Below, piece after piece: positions 8,118 to 16,956 of a stretch of 64,000 nucleotides of DNA (within the stretch, counting starts at the first letter, position 1; the number at the start of each line of letters is the position of its first letter). The notes beneath the pieces are model-generated. The model saw only the letters and a list, made by a program, of their open reading frames with translations, was not told where the DNA came from and ran no database searches. This DNA comes from an uncultured Acidobacteriota bacterium (GTDB lineage Bacteria > Acidobacteriota > Vicinamibacteria > Vicinamibacterales > 2-12-FULL-66-21): NCBI GenBank assembly GCA_963750935.1, contig CAVVSR010000018.1, positions 261,234 through 325,233 of the forward strand. Direction: 5' to 3'. The translations under genes and the position numbers were made by a program.

Positions 8118-9833
8118 ATGTCACGTGTTCTTGCCCCAGGAATGCTCGCGATGGTTCTCGTGGCGTCGACCGCCGGCGCCAGCCCGGCTGGTGCCCAGGA
8201 CGCCCCGCGGCCCGAGCACAAGCACTACGAGAAACCGGCGGGCTACGACCAGGCGCCGGCGCCGGGAGCGCCGATCGCCCCGCGGCTGCAGAACCTGGGC
8301 GTCCACACGTTTCCGGTGTCCACGAAGCAGGAGCGGGCGCAGCTCTTCATGAATCAGGGCATCAACCTCACCTACGGGTTCAACCATGCGGAGGCGGGAC
8401 GGGCGTTCGCGGAAGCCGCGCGACTCGATCCGCAGCTCGCGATGGCCTACTGGGGCCAGGCGCTCGTGCTCGGGCCGAACATCAACGGGGCGATGACGCC
8501 CGAAGACGAACCGAAGGCGCTGGACCTGATCCGAAAGGCGGCCGCGTTGAAGGCGACCGTGACGCCGAGGGAGCGCGCCTACATCGACGCGCTGGCCACG
8601 CGGTACACGGGCAAGGCCGAGGATCGCGCCAAGGCCGACCGCGCCTTCGTCGCGGCAATGCGCGAGGTCGTGGCGAAGTTCCCGACCGATACCGACGCGC
8701 GGACGATCCTGGCCGAGGCGCTGATGGATACGCGGCCCTGGAACTACTGGACCCGCGACGGCATGCCGTACGAGGAGACCAAGGAGGTCCAGTCGTCGCT
8801 CGAGCAGGTGCTGGCGCGCAACAAGAACCACCCCGGCGCGCTGCACCTGTGGATTCACCTGTGGGAAGCGACGGACACGCCGGAGCGCGCGGAAGCCGAA
8901 GCGGATCGGCTGATGCCGCTGATGCCGGGCGCCGGTCACATCGTGCACATGCCGGCGCACATCTACCAGCGGGTCGGCCGCCACGAGGACGTGGTCCGGT
9001 CGAACCAGCTCGCCTCGAAGGCGGACGAGGACTACATCGCCCAGTGCCGTGCCCAGGGGATCTATCCGCTGGGTTACTACCCGCACAACGTCCACTTCGT
9101 CTGGATGGGCGCCACGGCGATCGGGCAGAAGCAGCTGGCGCTGGAGTCGGCGAAGAAGCTGGCCGGCACCATCCCGCAGGAGGCGCTCGCCTCGGTACCG
9201 ATCCTCCAGGGCTTCGTCGTGGTGCCGTACTGGGCGATGGTCCGCTTCGGTGAATGGGACGCGATTCTCGCCGACAAGGGGCCGCAGCATCAGACGCCGT
9301 TCACGCGCGGCGCGTGGCGCTATGCGCGCGCGATGGCCTTCACCGCCAGGGGGCAGCTCACCGAGGCCGAAACCGAGCTCGAGCAGCTCAAGCTGCTGGT
9401 GTCGGATCCCGAGCTGAAGAAGACGGTCACGTTCTCGCAGAATTCCGGTTTCGCGATCCTGCGGATTGCGCCCGAGATCGTCGCCGGTGAGATGGCCGCG
9501 AAGCGCAAGGACTGGGAGAAGGCGACGCTGCACCTCGACCGCGCCGTCAGGTTCGAGGACGCCTTGATCTACCAGGAGCCGTCCGACTGGCATGCGCCGG
9601 CGCGGCAGAACCTTGGCGCCGTGCTGCTCGAGGCGGGGCGGCCGGACGAGGCCGAGGCCGTCTTCTGGGAGGACCTGCGCAACAACCCGGAGAACGGCTG
9701 GTCGCTCTTCGGCCTCGCCCAGGCGCTCAAGGCGCAGGGCAAGACCGACGACGCCGCGCTGGCCGACGCGCGCTTCCGGAAGATCTGGAAGGGCACGGAC
9801 GTGAAATTGATGACGGCACGGATCGGCAGCTGA
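8118..9833 (+). CDS. Secreted TPR-repeat protein of unknown function
   Basis: ATG 8118 follows an AGGAGA SD at 8105-8110 and opens a signal peptide, MSRVLAPGMLAMVLVASTAGASPAGA. TPR-like helices are visible at both ends. The track ORF start at 7962 overlaps the divergent neighbour and is rejected. Confidence 0.85.
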   Translation: MSRVLAPGMLAMVLVASTAGASPAGAQDAPRPEHKHYEKPAGYDQAPAPGAPIAPRLQNLGVHTFPVSTKQERAQLFMNQGINLTYGFNHAEAGRAFAEAARLDPQLAMAYWGQALVLGPNINGAMTPEDEPKALDLIRKAAALKATVTPRERAYIDALATRYTGKAEDRAKADRAFVAAMREVVAKFPTDTDARTILAEALMDTRPWNYWTRDGMPYEETKEVQSSLEQVLARNKNHPGALHLWIHLWEATDTPERAEAEADRLMPLMPGAGHIVHMPAHIYQRVGRHEDVVRSNQLASKADEDYIAQCRAQGIYPLGYYPHNVHFVWMGATAIGQKQLALESAKKLAGTIPQEALASVPILQGFVVVPYWAMVRFGEWDAILADKGPQHQTPFTRGAWRYARAMAFTARGQLTEAETELEQLKLLVSDPELKKTVTFSQNSGFAILRIAPEIVAGEMAAKRKDWEKATLHLDRAVRFEDALIYQEPSDWHAPARQNLGAVLLEAGRPDEAEAVFWEDLRNNPENGWSLFGLAQALKAQGKTDDAALADARFRKIWKGTDVKLMTARIGS

Positions 9834-9865
9834 ACACGGGACCGAACCATCAACAGGGGAAACCA

Positions 9866-10390
9866 ATGGTGTCCACGACCTACGTCTCACTACCCTACAT
9901 CGTCGCGCCAGGCGACGGGCTCGACGCGCCGCTTGGCCGGCTCGGCACGGTGCACAAAGTGCCGGCGTACGTGACGGAGGGTCGCGTGGCGATCGTCGAG
10001 CACACGCTCCCGGCGCGGCATCTCGCCGCGCCGCTGCACCGGCACTCGCGCGAGGACGAGCTGTCGTTCGTCATCGCGGGCCGGCTTGGCGCCATGCTCG
10101 GCGGCGAGCTCGTGGACGCAGGTCCGGGGTCGTACGTGCTGAAGCCGCGCGGCCAGTGGCACACGTTCTGGAACGCCGGGGACAGCGATCTCCGCTTCCT
10201 GGAACTGATGATCCCCGGCGGCTTCGACGCCTACTTCCAGTGGCTGTCGTCGATGTTGATGTCCACGGACAAGCCGGCACGGGGGGCCGTGCAGATGCTG
10301 GCCGCCGAGTACGGCGTCGAGATCGACTACGACAGCGTGCCGCGGCTGTGCGAGCAGTTCGGGCTCGTCTACGGGAAGAACGACGCTTAA
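9866..10390 (+). CDS. Cupin domain protein
   Basis: 174 aa with an AGGGGA SD. The cupin motifs are HRHSREDELSFVIAG...G and PRGQWHTFWN. Confidence 0.8.
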   Translation: MVSTTYVSLPYIVAPGDGLDAPLGRLGTVHKVPAYVTEGRVAIVEHTLPARHLAAPLHRHSREDELSFVIAGRLGAMLGGELVDAGPGSYVLKPRGQWHTFWNAGDSDLRFLELMIPGGFDAYFQWLSSMLMSTDKPARGAVQMLAAEYGVEIDYDSVPRLCEQFGLVYGKNDA

Positions 10391-10416
10391 GGGGGTGCTC
10401 AGTGCTGGGTTGCACC

Positions 10417-11508
10417 TTAGCGCTGTATGCGCGCCGACCCGCCGCGCGCGAACGCGCGAACCTGATCGAGCGTGGCCATCGTCGTGTCGCCGGGGAAGGC
10501 GGTGATCATCGCGCCGTGCGCCCAGCCAAGCTTCACGGCGTCATCGGGCGATTCGCCTGACAGCAGCCCGTAGAACAGGCCCGAGGCGAAGCCGTCGCCG
10601 CCGCCGACGCGATCGTAGACGTCGAGCTCGCAGCTCGGGGCCACGTGCGTGCGGCCGTTGATCCACGCCACCGCGCTCCAGCTGTGGCGGTTGGTCGAGT
10701 GCACGTGGCGGAGCGTCGTCGCTACCACCTTGACGCGCGGATACTTCTGGACGACGCGGTCAATCATGCCGAAGAACGCGCTCGGGTCGAGCGAGTCCTT
10801 GGCGGCGCCCGCGGTCACCTCCGGGCCGGCGATCCCCAGTCCCTTCTGCAGGTCCTCCTCGTTCCCGACCAGCACGTCCACGTTCTCGACGATGCGGGCG
10901 AGGGTCGAGACGGCGCGGCCGGCGCCGCCGGCGGCGGCCCAGAGCTTCTCGCGATAGTTCAGGTCGAGCGACACGACGGCGCCGTGCTGGCGGGCGGCCT
11001 GCATGCCTTCGATGATCAGCTCGGCGGTGGTCTCCGAGAGCGCCGCGAAGATGCCGCCGCTGTGGAACCAGCGGACGCCGTGGCCGAAGATCGTCTTCCA
11101 GTCGAAGTCGCCCGGCTTCAGCTGCGCCGCGGCCTCGTTGCAGCGGTTGTAGAACACCGTCGGCCCGCGCACGCCGAAGCCGCGATCGCTGTAGACGGTC
11201 GCCATGTTGGGCCCGCGCACGCCGTCGTGCTTGAACATCTTGTAGAACGGCGTCACCCCCATCGACCGTACCCGCCCCGCAATCAGATCGCCAATCGGGT
11301 ACTCGACCATCGCCGTGGCCACGCCGGTGCGCAGGCCGAAGCAGTCGGCAAGGTTGGCGGCGGTGTTGAACTCGCCGCCGCTGACGTGGATCTCGCAGCT
11401 GGTCGCCTTGCGGAACGGGATGAGACCGGGATCGAGCCGGTGAATGAGCGCACCGAGCGCGAGGAAGTCGAGGGCGCCGCCGGCGGGAATGTCGAGTGCC
11501 TTGTCCAT
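10417..11508 (-). CDS. PfkB-family sugar or sugar-acid kinase (KdgK-like)
   Basis: 363 aa with a ribokinase-like pattern: LGALIHRL...GGEFNTAANLA...; C-terminal DRVGGGDGFASG anion-hole motif. Its ATG overlaps the TGA of gnd by 1 nt (TGATG), which suggests translational coupling. Confidence 0.88.
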   Translation of the reverse strand: MDKALDIPAGGALDFLALGALIHRLDPGLIPFRKATSCEIHVSGGEFNTAANLADCFGLRTGVATAMVEYPIGDLIAGRVRSMGVTPFYKMFKHDGVRGPNMATVYSDRGFGVRGPTVFYNRCNEAAAQLKPGDFDWKTIFGHGVRWFHSGGIFAALSETTAELIIEGMQAARQHGAVVSLDLNYREKLWAAAGGAGRAVSTLARIVENVDVLVGNEEDLQKGLGIAGPEVTAGAAKDSLDPSAFFGMIDRVVQKYPRVKVVATTLRHVHSTNRHSWSAVAWINGRTHVAPSCELDVYDRVGGGDGFASGLFYGLLSGESPDDAVKLGWAHGAMITAFPGDTTMATLDQVRAFARGGSARIQR

Positions 11509-12950
11509 CAGTGTGTGCCGCTCCCGTCACTGGCGGCGCGCGTGCCGGTCCAGTCGGTGTGAAAAACACCGTCGCGATCGAGGCGACGGTAGGTATGAGC
11601 CCCGAAGTAATCGCGCTGCGCCTGCGTCATGTTCGCGGGCAGCCGCTCGCTCCGATACGAATCGTAATACGCGAGCGACGCGCTCATGGCCGGCACCGGG
11701 ATGCCGGTCGCAATCGCCGTCTGCACCAGATAGCGCCAGCCGTCCTGCCGGCTCGCCATCGCGTCACGGAATGCCCCGTCCAGCAGCAGGTTGACCAGCC
11801 CGGCATCGCGCGAGAACGCGCGCCGGATGTCCTCGAGCAGGCTCGCGCGGACGATGCAGCCGGCCCGCCAGATCTTGGCGACGGTGCCGGGATCGATCTG
11901 GTAGCCGTATTCCTTCGACGCCAGCCGCAGCTGCGCCATGCCCTGGGCGTACGAGGTGATCTTGCAGGCGTAGAGCGCGTCGCGGGCGGCCGCGACCAGC
12001 CGCGCGCGATCGCCGCGCCGGTCAGGCACGGGGCCGCGCAGCGAGCGGCTGGCCACGGTGCGTTCGGCCTTGAGCGACGACAGGATCCGCGCTTCGACCG
12101 CCGCGTTCACCGTGGGGATCGGCGCGCCGACGTCGAAGGCATTCTGGCTCATCCACTTCCCCGTGCCCTTCTGCTGCGCCTCGTCGAGGATCACGTCCAC
12201 CACCGGTTTGCCGGTCTCTTCGTCCGTCCGCTCGAGGATCTCCGCGGTGATCTCGATCAGGTACGACTTCAGCTCGCCGGCGTTCCATTCGGCGAACACG
12301 CCGGCCATCTCCGACGTCGTCAGTCCCGCGGCGCGGTGCAGGACGTCGTAGGTTTCGGCGATGAGCTGCATGTCGCCGTACTCGATGCCGTTGTGCACCA
12401 TCTTCACGTAGTGCCCGGCGCCGCGCGGCCCCATGTAGTCCACGCACGGTTCGCCGTCGTCGGCCTTGGCGGCGATCGCCTTGAAGATCGGGGCGAGTGC
12501 GTCCCAGGCTTCGCGCGGTCCGCCCGGCATGATCGCGGGCCCCAGGAGGGCTCCCTCCTCGCCGCCGGACACGCCGGCGCCGACGAAGCGGAAGCCGGCG
12601 GCCGCCATGTCGTCACAGCGTCGATCGGTATCGACGAAGTACGAATTGCCGCCGTCGATCAGGATGTCCCCTTCCTGCAGGTGCGGCTTGAGGTGGGCGA
12701 TGACGCTGTCGACCGGAGCGCCGGCCGGCACCATGAACAGGACCCGACGCGGCCGCTCGAGCGCGTCCATCAGGGCCTCCGGCCGATCGACGCCGATGAT
12801 CGCCTTGCCGTGGGCCGGCCCCTCGATGAACGCGTTGGTCTTCTTCGCGTCGAGGTCGTAGCCGACGACAGGGAAACCCTTGCTCTCGATGTTGCGGGCC
12901 AGGCTGGCGCCCATCACGCCAAGGCCCACGACGCCCATCTTGTAAGTCAT
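11508..12950 (-). CDS. gnd: 6-phosphogluconate dehydrogenase, decarboxylating
   Basis: 480 aa. It has the MGVVGLGVMGASLARN Rossmann N-terminus and family-typical blocks GGNSYF, GVSGGEEGA, AGHYVKMVHNGIEYGDMQ and TYRRLDR. A GGAG SD precedes the start. Confidence 0.95.
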   Translation of the reverse strand: MTYKMGVVGLGVMGASLARNIESKGFPVVGYDLDAKKTNAFIEGPAHGKAIIGVDRPEALMDALERPRRVLFMVPAGAPVDSVIAHLKPHLQEGDILIDGGNSYFVDTDRRCDDMAAAGFRFVGAGVSGGEEGALLGPAIMPGGPREAWDALAPIFKAIAAKADDGEPCVDYMGPRGAGHYVKMVHNGIEYGDMQLIAETYDVLHRAAGLTTSEMAGVFAEWNAGELKSYLIEITAEILERTDEETGKPVVDVILDEAQQKGTGKWMSQNAFDVGAPIPTVNAAVEARILSSLKAERTVASRSLRGPVPDRRGDRARLVAAARDALYACKITSYAQGMAQLRLASKEYGYQIDPGTVAKIWRAGCIVRASLLEDIRRAFSRDAGLVNLLLDGAFRDAMASRQDGWRYLVQTAIATGIPVPAMSASLAYYDSYRSERLPANMTQAQRDYFGAHTYRRLDRDGVFHTDWTGTRAASDGSGTH

Positions 12951-13023
12951 TGGTTACTCCGGGCGCGGCGCGCCGCGAGATCCGCAATTCAGTGTGCAAC
13001 AGGGAGGGCGGCAGCCGGACACG

Positions 13024-14334
13024 TTACGGCGTGCGCACGTCGCTACCCCCCCACGTCGGCGGCTGGCCGACCCGATACAGCATTTCGCCCGCGCGCGGGA
13101 CGACCAGCCAGCCGTCGCGCCCCTGCCACTCGTCGGGCCTCACGGTGGCCGGATCCAGGTAGCCGAGATTGATCCGGTCGCAGCGCTCCTTCGGAATCCC
13201 GGTGGCGAGCGTTACCGTGATGCGGGGCGACTCCAGCGCGCACGACGCATCGAACGACCCGAGTCCCTTCACGTGCGTCGAGTGCGCCAGGATGCCGCCA
13301 GGATAGTGCTTGAACTTCTCCCACTGCCCCAGGAAGTAGTCACGGCAGTGGTAGCCCACTTCGTCCAGCAGTTTGCCGTGGACGTAGCTGACTTCGGTGA
13401 CGTGCGGCGCGTAGATCACGACTTCCCCACCGTCCGCGACGGCCGGCTCGATCTTGTACATCCCCTTGGCCGCGGTCCAGAGGTCGTCGTACATGCGCGG
13501 CATGATCGCCAGCACCCGCGTATACGGCTTGTCGACCCAGACGATGTGGCGGCGCGCGGACAGGGCCGCGGCCTGGCGCCAGGTCTCATGCGGGTCGCCG
13601 CAGAACATGCCGGCGACGCCGTCGTGGGTCACCACCAGCGCGAGCAGCGACAACGGCGTCCAGAGCAGGCTGGCGGCGCGGTCGATCACGGCCCGCACCG
13701 GCGTGTCGGCCGTGCCGATCACATCGTAGCTCGTAATCAGCGCCCCGAGCCAATGGGTGAAGTGGATGATCTCGGCCGCCGCGACGCCGGGGAACAGGTA
13801 CTTGGTCCCGCCGGAAAAGCCGACCACTTCGTGCGGGAACACCGGCCCGCAGATGAGGATGTGGTCGTAGTCCACCAGCAGCCGGTTGAGCGCGACCGGC
13901 ACGTTCTCCTTGAGCCGCCCGCCGGTCAGCTCCGAGACCTCGTGCGCCGGGATCTCCCCGAGCTTGACGAACGTGGCCGGGTCGTCCCAGCGGTGATTGA
14001 AGATGCGCCGCTTGCCCACCGCGCCATCCACGACGGTCTGTCCGACGTGACGTCCGAGCTGCTCGTCGGTCATCGGCGTATGGGTGCCGAGCGCGACGAG
14101 ATAGTCGAGCGCCGCGACGCGGCCACCGAGCTCACGCTCGATCGTCTCGAACATCAGCGGCATCGGCATCGTCCGCGTGCCGTCGGGAATCAGCACCAGC
14201 AGCCGCTTGCCGTCCACCGGCAGCTGCGCGAGCCCGGCCCGCGCGATGACGGCAATCTCCTCGCCCGTCAGGTAGCCCTCGCCGACACCCTTGCCGACGA
14301 CGGCGCCATCGCGCGGATCGTGTGTCAGATGCAT
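13024..14334 (-). CDS. LarA-like (DUF2088) nickel-pincer-cofactor-dependent 2-hydroxyacid racemase/epimerase family protein
   Basis: 436 aa. Visible motifs are LLVLIPDGTRTMP, LVALGTHTPMT and FPHEVVGFSGGTKYLFPG, which are of the kind that carry the catalytic His and the cofactor-binding Lys in characterised LarA. It sits on the same strand 73 nt upstream of gnd. Confidence 0.8.
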   Translation of the reverse strand: MHLTHDPRDGAVVGKGVGEGYLTGEEIAVIARAGLAQLPVDGKRLLVLIPDGTRTMPMPLMFETIERELGGRVAALDYLVALGTHTPMTDEQLGRHVGQTVVDGAVGKRRIFNHRWDDPATFVKLGEIPAHEVSELTGGRLKENVPVALNRLLVDYDHILICGPVFPHEVVGFSGGTKYLFPGVAAAEIIHFTHWLGALITSYDVIGTADTPVRAVIDRAASLLWTPLSLLALVVTHDGVAGMFCGDPHETWRQAAALSARRHIVWVDKPYTRVLAIMPRMYDDLWTAAKGMYKIEPAVADGGEVVIYAPHVTEVSYVHGKLLDEVGYHCRDYFLGQWEKFKHYPGGILAHSTHVKGLGSFDASCALESPRITVTLATGIPKERCDRINLGYLDPATVRPDEWQGRDGWLVVPRAGEMLYRVGQPPTWGGSDVRTP

Positions 14335-14385
14335 CTACTTTGAACGCTACGCGGGCGCTTCCGCGATGTCAAGGCGCGACGGCGC

Positions 14386-15690
14386 TCACACGCGCTGGCC
14401 TTTCCAGCGTCCACGACGGAACAGCAGCGCGCTGACGACGGCCAGCGTCGAGTACGCGATCGTGAGGGCGAGGAAGACGCCGCGCGGTCCGAGGCCGCCA
14501 CTCGTCGAGAGCCACCAGGCCAGCGGAATCTCCCACAGCCAGAACACGAACAGGTTGATGACGGTCGGGGTCCAGGTGTCCCCGGCGCCGTTGAACGCCG
14601 ATGTCAGCACCATCCCCGCGGCGTAGAACAGGAACCCGAGGCTGACGGTGCGCAGGCACGAGACGGCGTACGGCTTGACGGCCGGGTCCGACGTGAACAG
14701 GCCGGCAATCTGCGGCGCCGCGGCGAGGAACAGGATGCCGACGATGCCGAGGAATGCCATGTTGTAGACCACCGCCGTCCAGACCGCACGCTCGGCCCGG
14801 TCGGGCTTTCCCGCTCCCAGGTTCTGCCCGACCATCGTCGCCGCCGCGTTGGACACGCCGAAGGCCGGCAGCAGCGCGAACAGGATCACGCGCATGCCGA
14901 TCGTGTAGCCGGCCAGCGGCGCGCTGCCGAAGGCCGACAGGATCCGGACCAGCCCGACGTAACTCGCGGTGCCAATCAGGATCTGGATCGTTCCGGACCC
15001 GGACAGCCGCAGCACGGTCTTCATCATCGGCAGATCGAGATGGAAGTGATGCCGCGCCAGCCGGATGCGCCGGCGGCCGCGCGTGAGGAGATAGAACTGA
15101 TAGACAACCGCGGCTCCGCGTCCGAGGTTCGTCGCGACGGCGGCGCCGGTGACACCCAGTTCCGGGAACGGCCCGACCCCGAAGATGAAACAGGGACCGA
15201 GCACGATGTTGAGGATGTTGCCGAGGATCAGGACGCGCATCGCCGTGGCGGCGTCACCGACGCCCCGGAACACGGCGTTCTGCAGGAAGAGCAGCAGCAC
15301 CGTCGCGTTGCCCGCCAGCATCATCGTCGTGAAGCCGCCGCCGGTCCGGATGACGTCCTCGCTCGCCCCCATCAGCCGCAGCAGCGAGGTCGAGAATGGT
15401 GCGGCGATCAACCCGATCGCCGCGGCAACCGCCAGCCCGAGCAGCACGGACTGGGCGGCGGCATGCGCCGCTCCTTCCGGGTCCTTCTCGCCGGTGCGCC
15501 TGGCGACCAGCGCGGTGGCGCCGATCGAGAGCCCCATCGCGACCGTGTAGATGATGGTCAACATCGACTCGGTGAGCCCGACGGTCGCGACCGCGTCGGC
15601 GCCGAGGTGGGCGACCCAGAAGACGTCGGCGACGGCGAAGATCGACTCCATCGCCATCTCCATCACCATCGGCACCGCGAGCATGATCAC
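14386..15690 (-). CDS. MATE family efflux transporter (start codon unresolved)
   Basis: 434-aa polytopic ORF with the typical MATE pattern (LAVPMVMEMAMESIFAVADVFWVAHLG...). The in-frame sequence upstream of the GTG at 15690 (WALVREAIRGSHIDYTAAPIGRAV) still looks like MATE N-terminus but contains no start codon. Confidence 0.85.
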   Translation of the reverse strand: MIMLAVPMVMEMAMESIFAVADVFWVAHLGADAVATVGLTESMLTIIYTVAMGLSIGATALVARRTGEKDPEGAAHAAAQSVLLGLAVAAAIGLIAAPFSTSLLRLMGASEDVIRTGGGFTTMMLAGNATVLLLFLQNAVFRGVGDAATAMRVLILGNILNIVLGPCFIFGVGPFPELGVTGAAVATNLGRGAAVVYQFYLLTRGRRRIRLARHHFHLDLPMMKTVLRLSGSGTIQILIGTASYVGLVRILSAFGSAPLAGYTIGMRVILFALLPAFGVSNAAATMVGQNLGAGKPDRAERAVWTAVVYNMAFLGIVGILFLAAAPQIAGLFTSDPAVKPYAVSCLRTVSLGFLFYAAGMVLTSAFNGAGDTWTPTVINLFVFWLWEIPLAWWLSTSGGLGPRGVFLALTIAYSTLAVVSALLFRRGRWKGQRV

Positions 15691-15787
15691 GGCGCGGCCG
15701 ATCGGCGCGGCCGTGTAGTCGATGTGGGAACCGCGGATCGCTTCGCGAACGAGCGCCCATCCTCCCGGCGCATGCGCATCGCTGGTC

Positions 15788-15948
15788 GGGTGCTGGGTGC
15801 TTGGTGCTGGGTGCTCGGTGCTCAGTGGCTGGTGCTCAGTGCTTGGTGCTTCGTGCTCAGTGCTTGGTGCTCAGTGCTTGGGCCTGCACCGAGCACCCAG
15901 CACTCTAGCACCCCGCACCCGGCACCCAGCACCGAGCACCCAGCACCG
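15788..15948. repeat. Octamer-type array (GGTGCTNR)n followed by its reverse complement (imperfect long inverted repeat)
   Basis: Positions 15788-15882 are runs of ggtgctgg/ggtgctca/gtgcttgg. Positions 15888-15948 are runs of cagcaccc/gagcaccc. A mini-copy, ggtgctcagtgctgggt, lies at about 10397-10413. Confidence 0.9.
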
Positions 15949-15951
15949 ATC

Positions 15952-16956
15952 TTAAGCCGCCGGCAGGCGTAGTCTGGCGCGCAGGCCGCCAGAATCGGAC
16001 GCATCCAGGGCGATCGTGCCGCCATAGAGCTCGGCGAGGTCGCGGACGATGGCGAGGCCGAGGCCCGAGCCTGGGGCGGCCTCGTCGACGCGCACGCCTC
16101 GCTGCAGGACGGCCTCACGCATCGAGGCCGGCAGGCCAGGGCCATCGTCTTCGACGGCGATCAGGACGTCGGCGTCGGTCCGGGTGGAGCTGACGACGAC
16201 GCGCGTGCGCGCCCACTTGCTGGCGTTGTCGAGCAGGTTCCCGAGCATCTCGTCGAGGTCCTCGCGCTGGCAGCGCACGGCGTCGTCGTCGGTGACGCGA
16301 TCGTCGAAGACGAGCCGGCGCTCCGCGTGCAGCCGCGTCATCGTGCGGACGAGCGCGCGCGCCGCCTCGCGCACGCTGGATCGCGCGCTGCTCGTGGTCC
16401 CGCCCGACGCGGTCGCGCGGGCCTGCGCCAGGTGATAGTCGGTCTGCCGGCGCATCCGCTCCACCTGCTGGGCGATGGCGTCGGCGAGCTCGGCGTGCCC
16501 GCCGGCGCGTGCACGCTCCGCCTCCTGCGCGAGGATCGCGAGCGGGGTCTTGAGCCCGTGAGCCAGATCGCCGGCCTTGGCGACGGCCCGCGCGATCGCC
16601 CGCTCGCGGTGCTCGAGCAGCGCGTTGAGGTCGTCCACCAGCGGCTGCACCTCGCTGGGATACCGGCCCTCGACGCGCGGCACGCGTCCTTCCTGGACGT
16701 CGGCGAGCCGGGCGCGCAGCTGGTTGACGCCGGCGAGACCGCTGCGCACCTGCAGAAAGCCGATCACCAGGCACGCGGCCGCGAACGTCAGGAAGAACGG
16801 GGCATGGGTATAAGTGGTGCCGTGAAGGATCTGTGGCAGATGCCGGAACCGGAACATCAGCAGCGTGGTGCCGATGACCCCGGCGAGAAACAGGCCAACG
16901 GTCCACAGCACCGCTCCGAAGAATACGCGGGCGCGCAGCGATGGCTGGCCGGTCAT
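15952..16956 (-). CDS. Membrane sensor histidine kinase (HAMP, HisKA, HATPase)
   Basis: 334 aa with two TM segments, the H-box AGDLAHGLKTPLAIL, and C-terminal ATPase motifs (LLDNASKW, DDGPGL, GSGLGLAIV). It overlaps the upstream response regulator gene by 4 nt. Confidence 0.9.
   Translation of the reverse strand: MTGQPSLRARVFFGAVLWTVGLFLAGVIGTTLLMFRFRHLPQILHGTTYTHAPFFLTFAAACLVIGFLQVRSGLAGVNQLRARLADVQEGRVPRVEGRYPSEVQPLVDDLNALLEHRERAIARAVAKAGDLAHGLKTPLAILAQEAERARAGGHAELADAIAQQVERMRRQTDYHLAQARATASGGTTSSARSSVREAARALVRTMTRLHAERRLVFDDRVTDDDAVRCQREDLDEMLGNLLDNASKWARTRVVVSSTRTDADVLIAVEDDGPGLPASMREAVLQRGVRVDEAAPGSGLGLAIVRDLAELYGGTIALDASDSGGLRARLRLPAA

Noticed and set aside
8121-9890. 589-aa ORF antisense to the TPR gene
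   Set aside because: It is an Arg-rich shadow ORF with no motifs. The sense frame has an SD, a signal peptide and TPR repeats.
11496-14343. Long + strand ORFs (11496..13172 and 12994..14343) opposite gnd and the LarA-like gene
   Set aside because: They are antisense shadows with low-complexity Arg/Asp/Gly composition. The - strand frames match well-known enzyme families over their full length.
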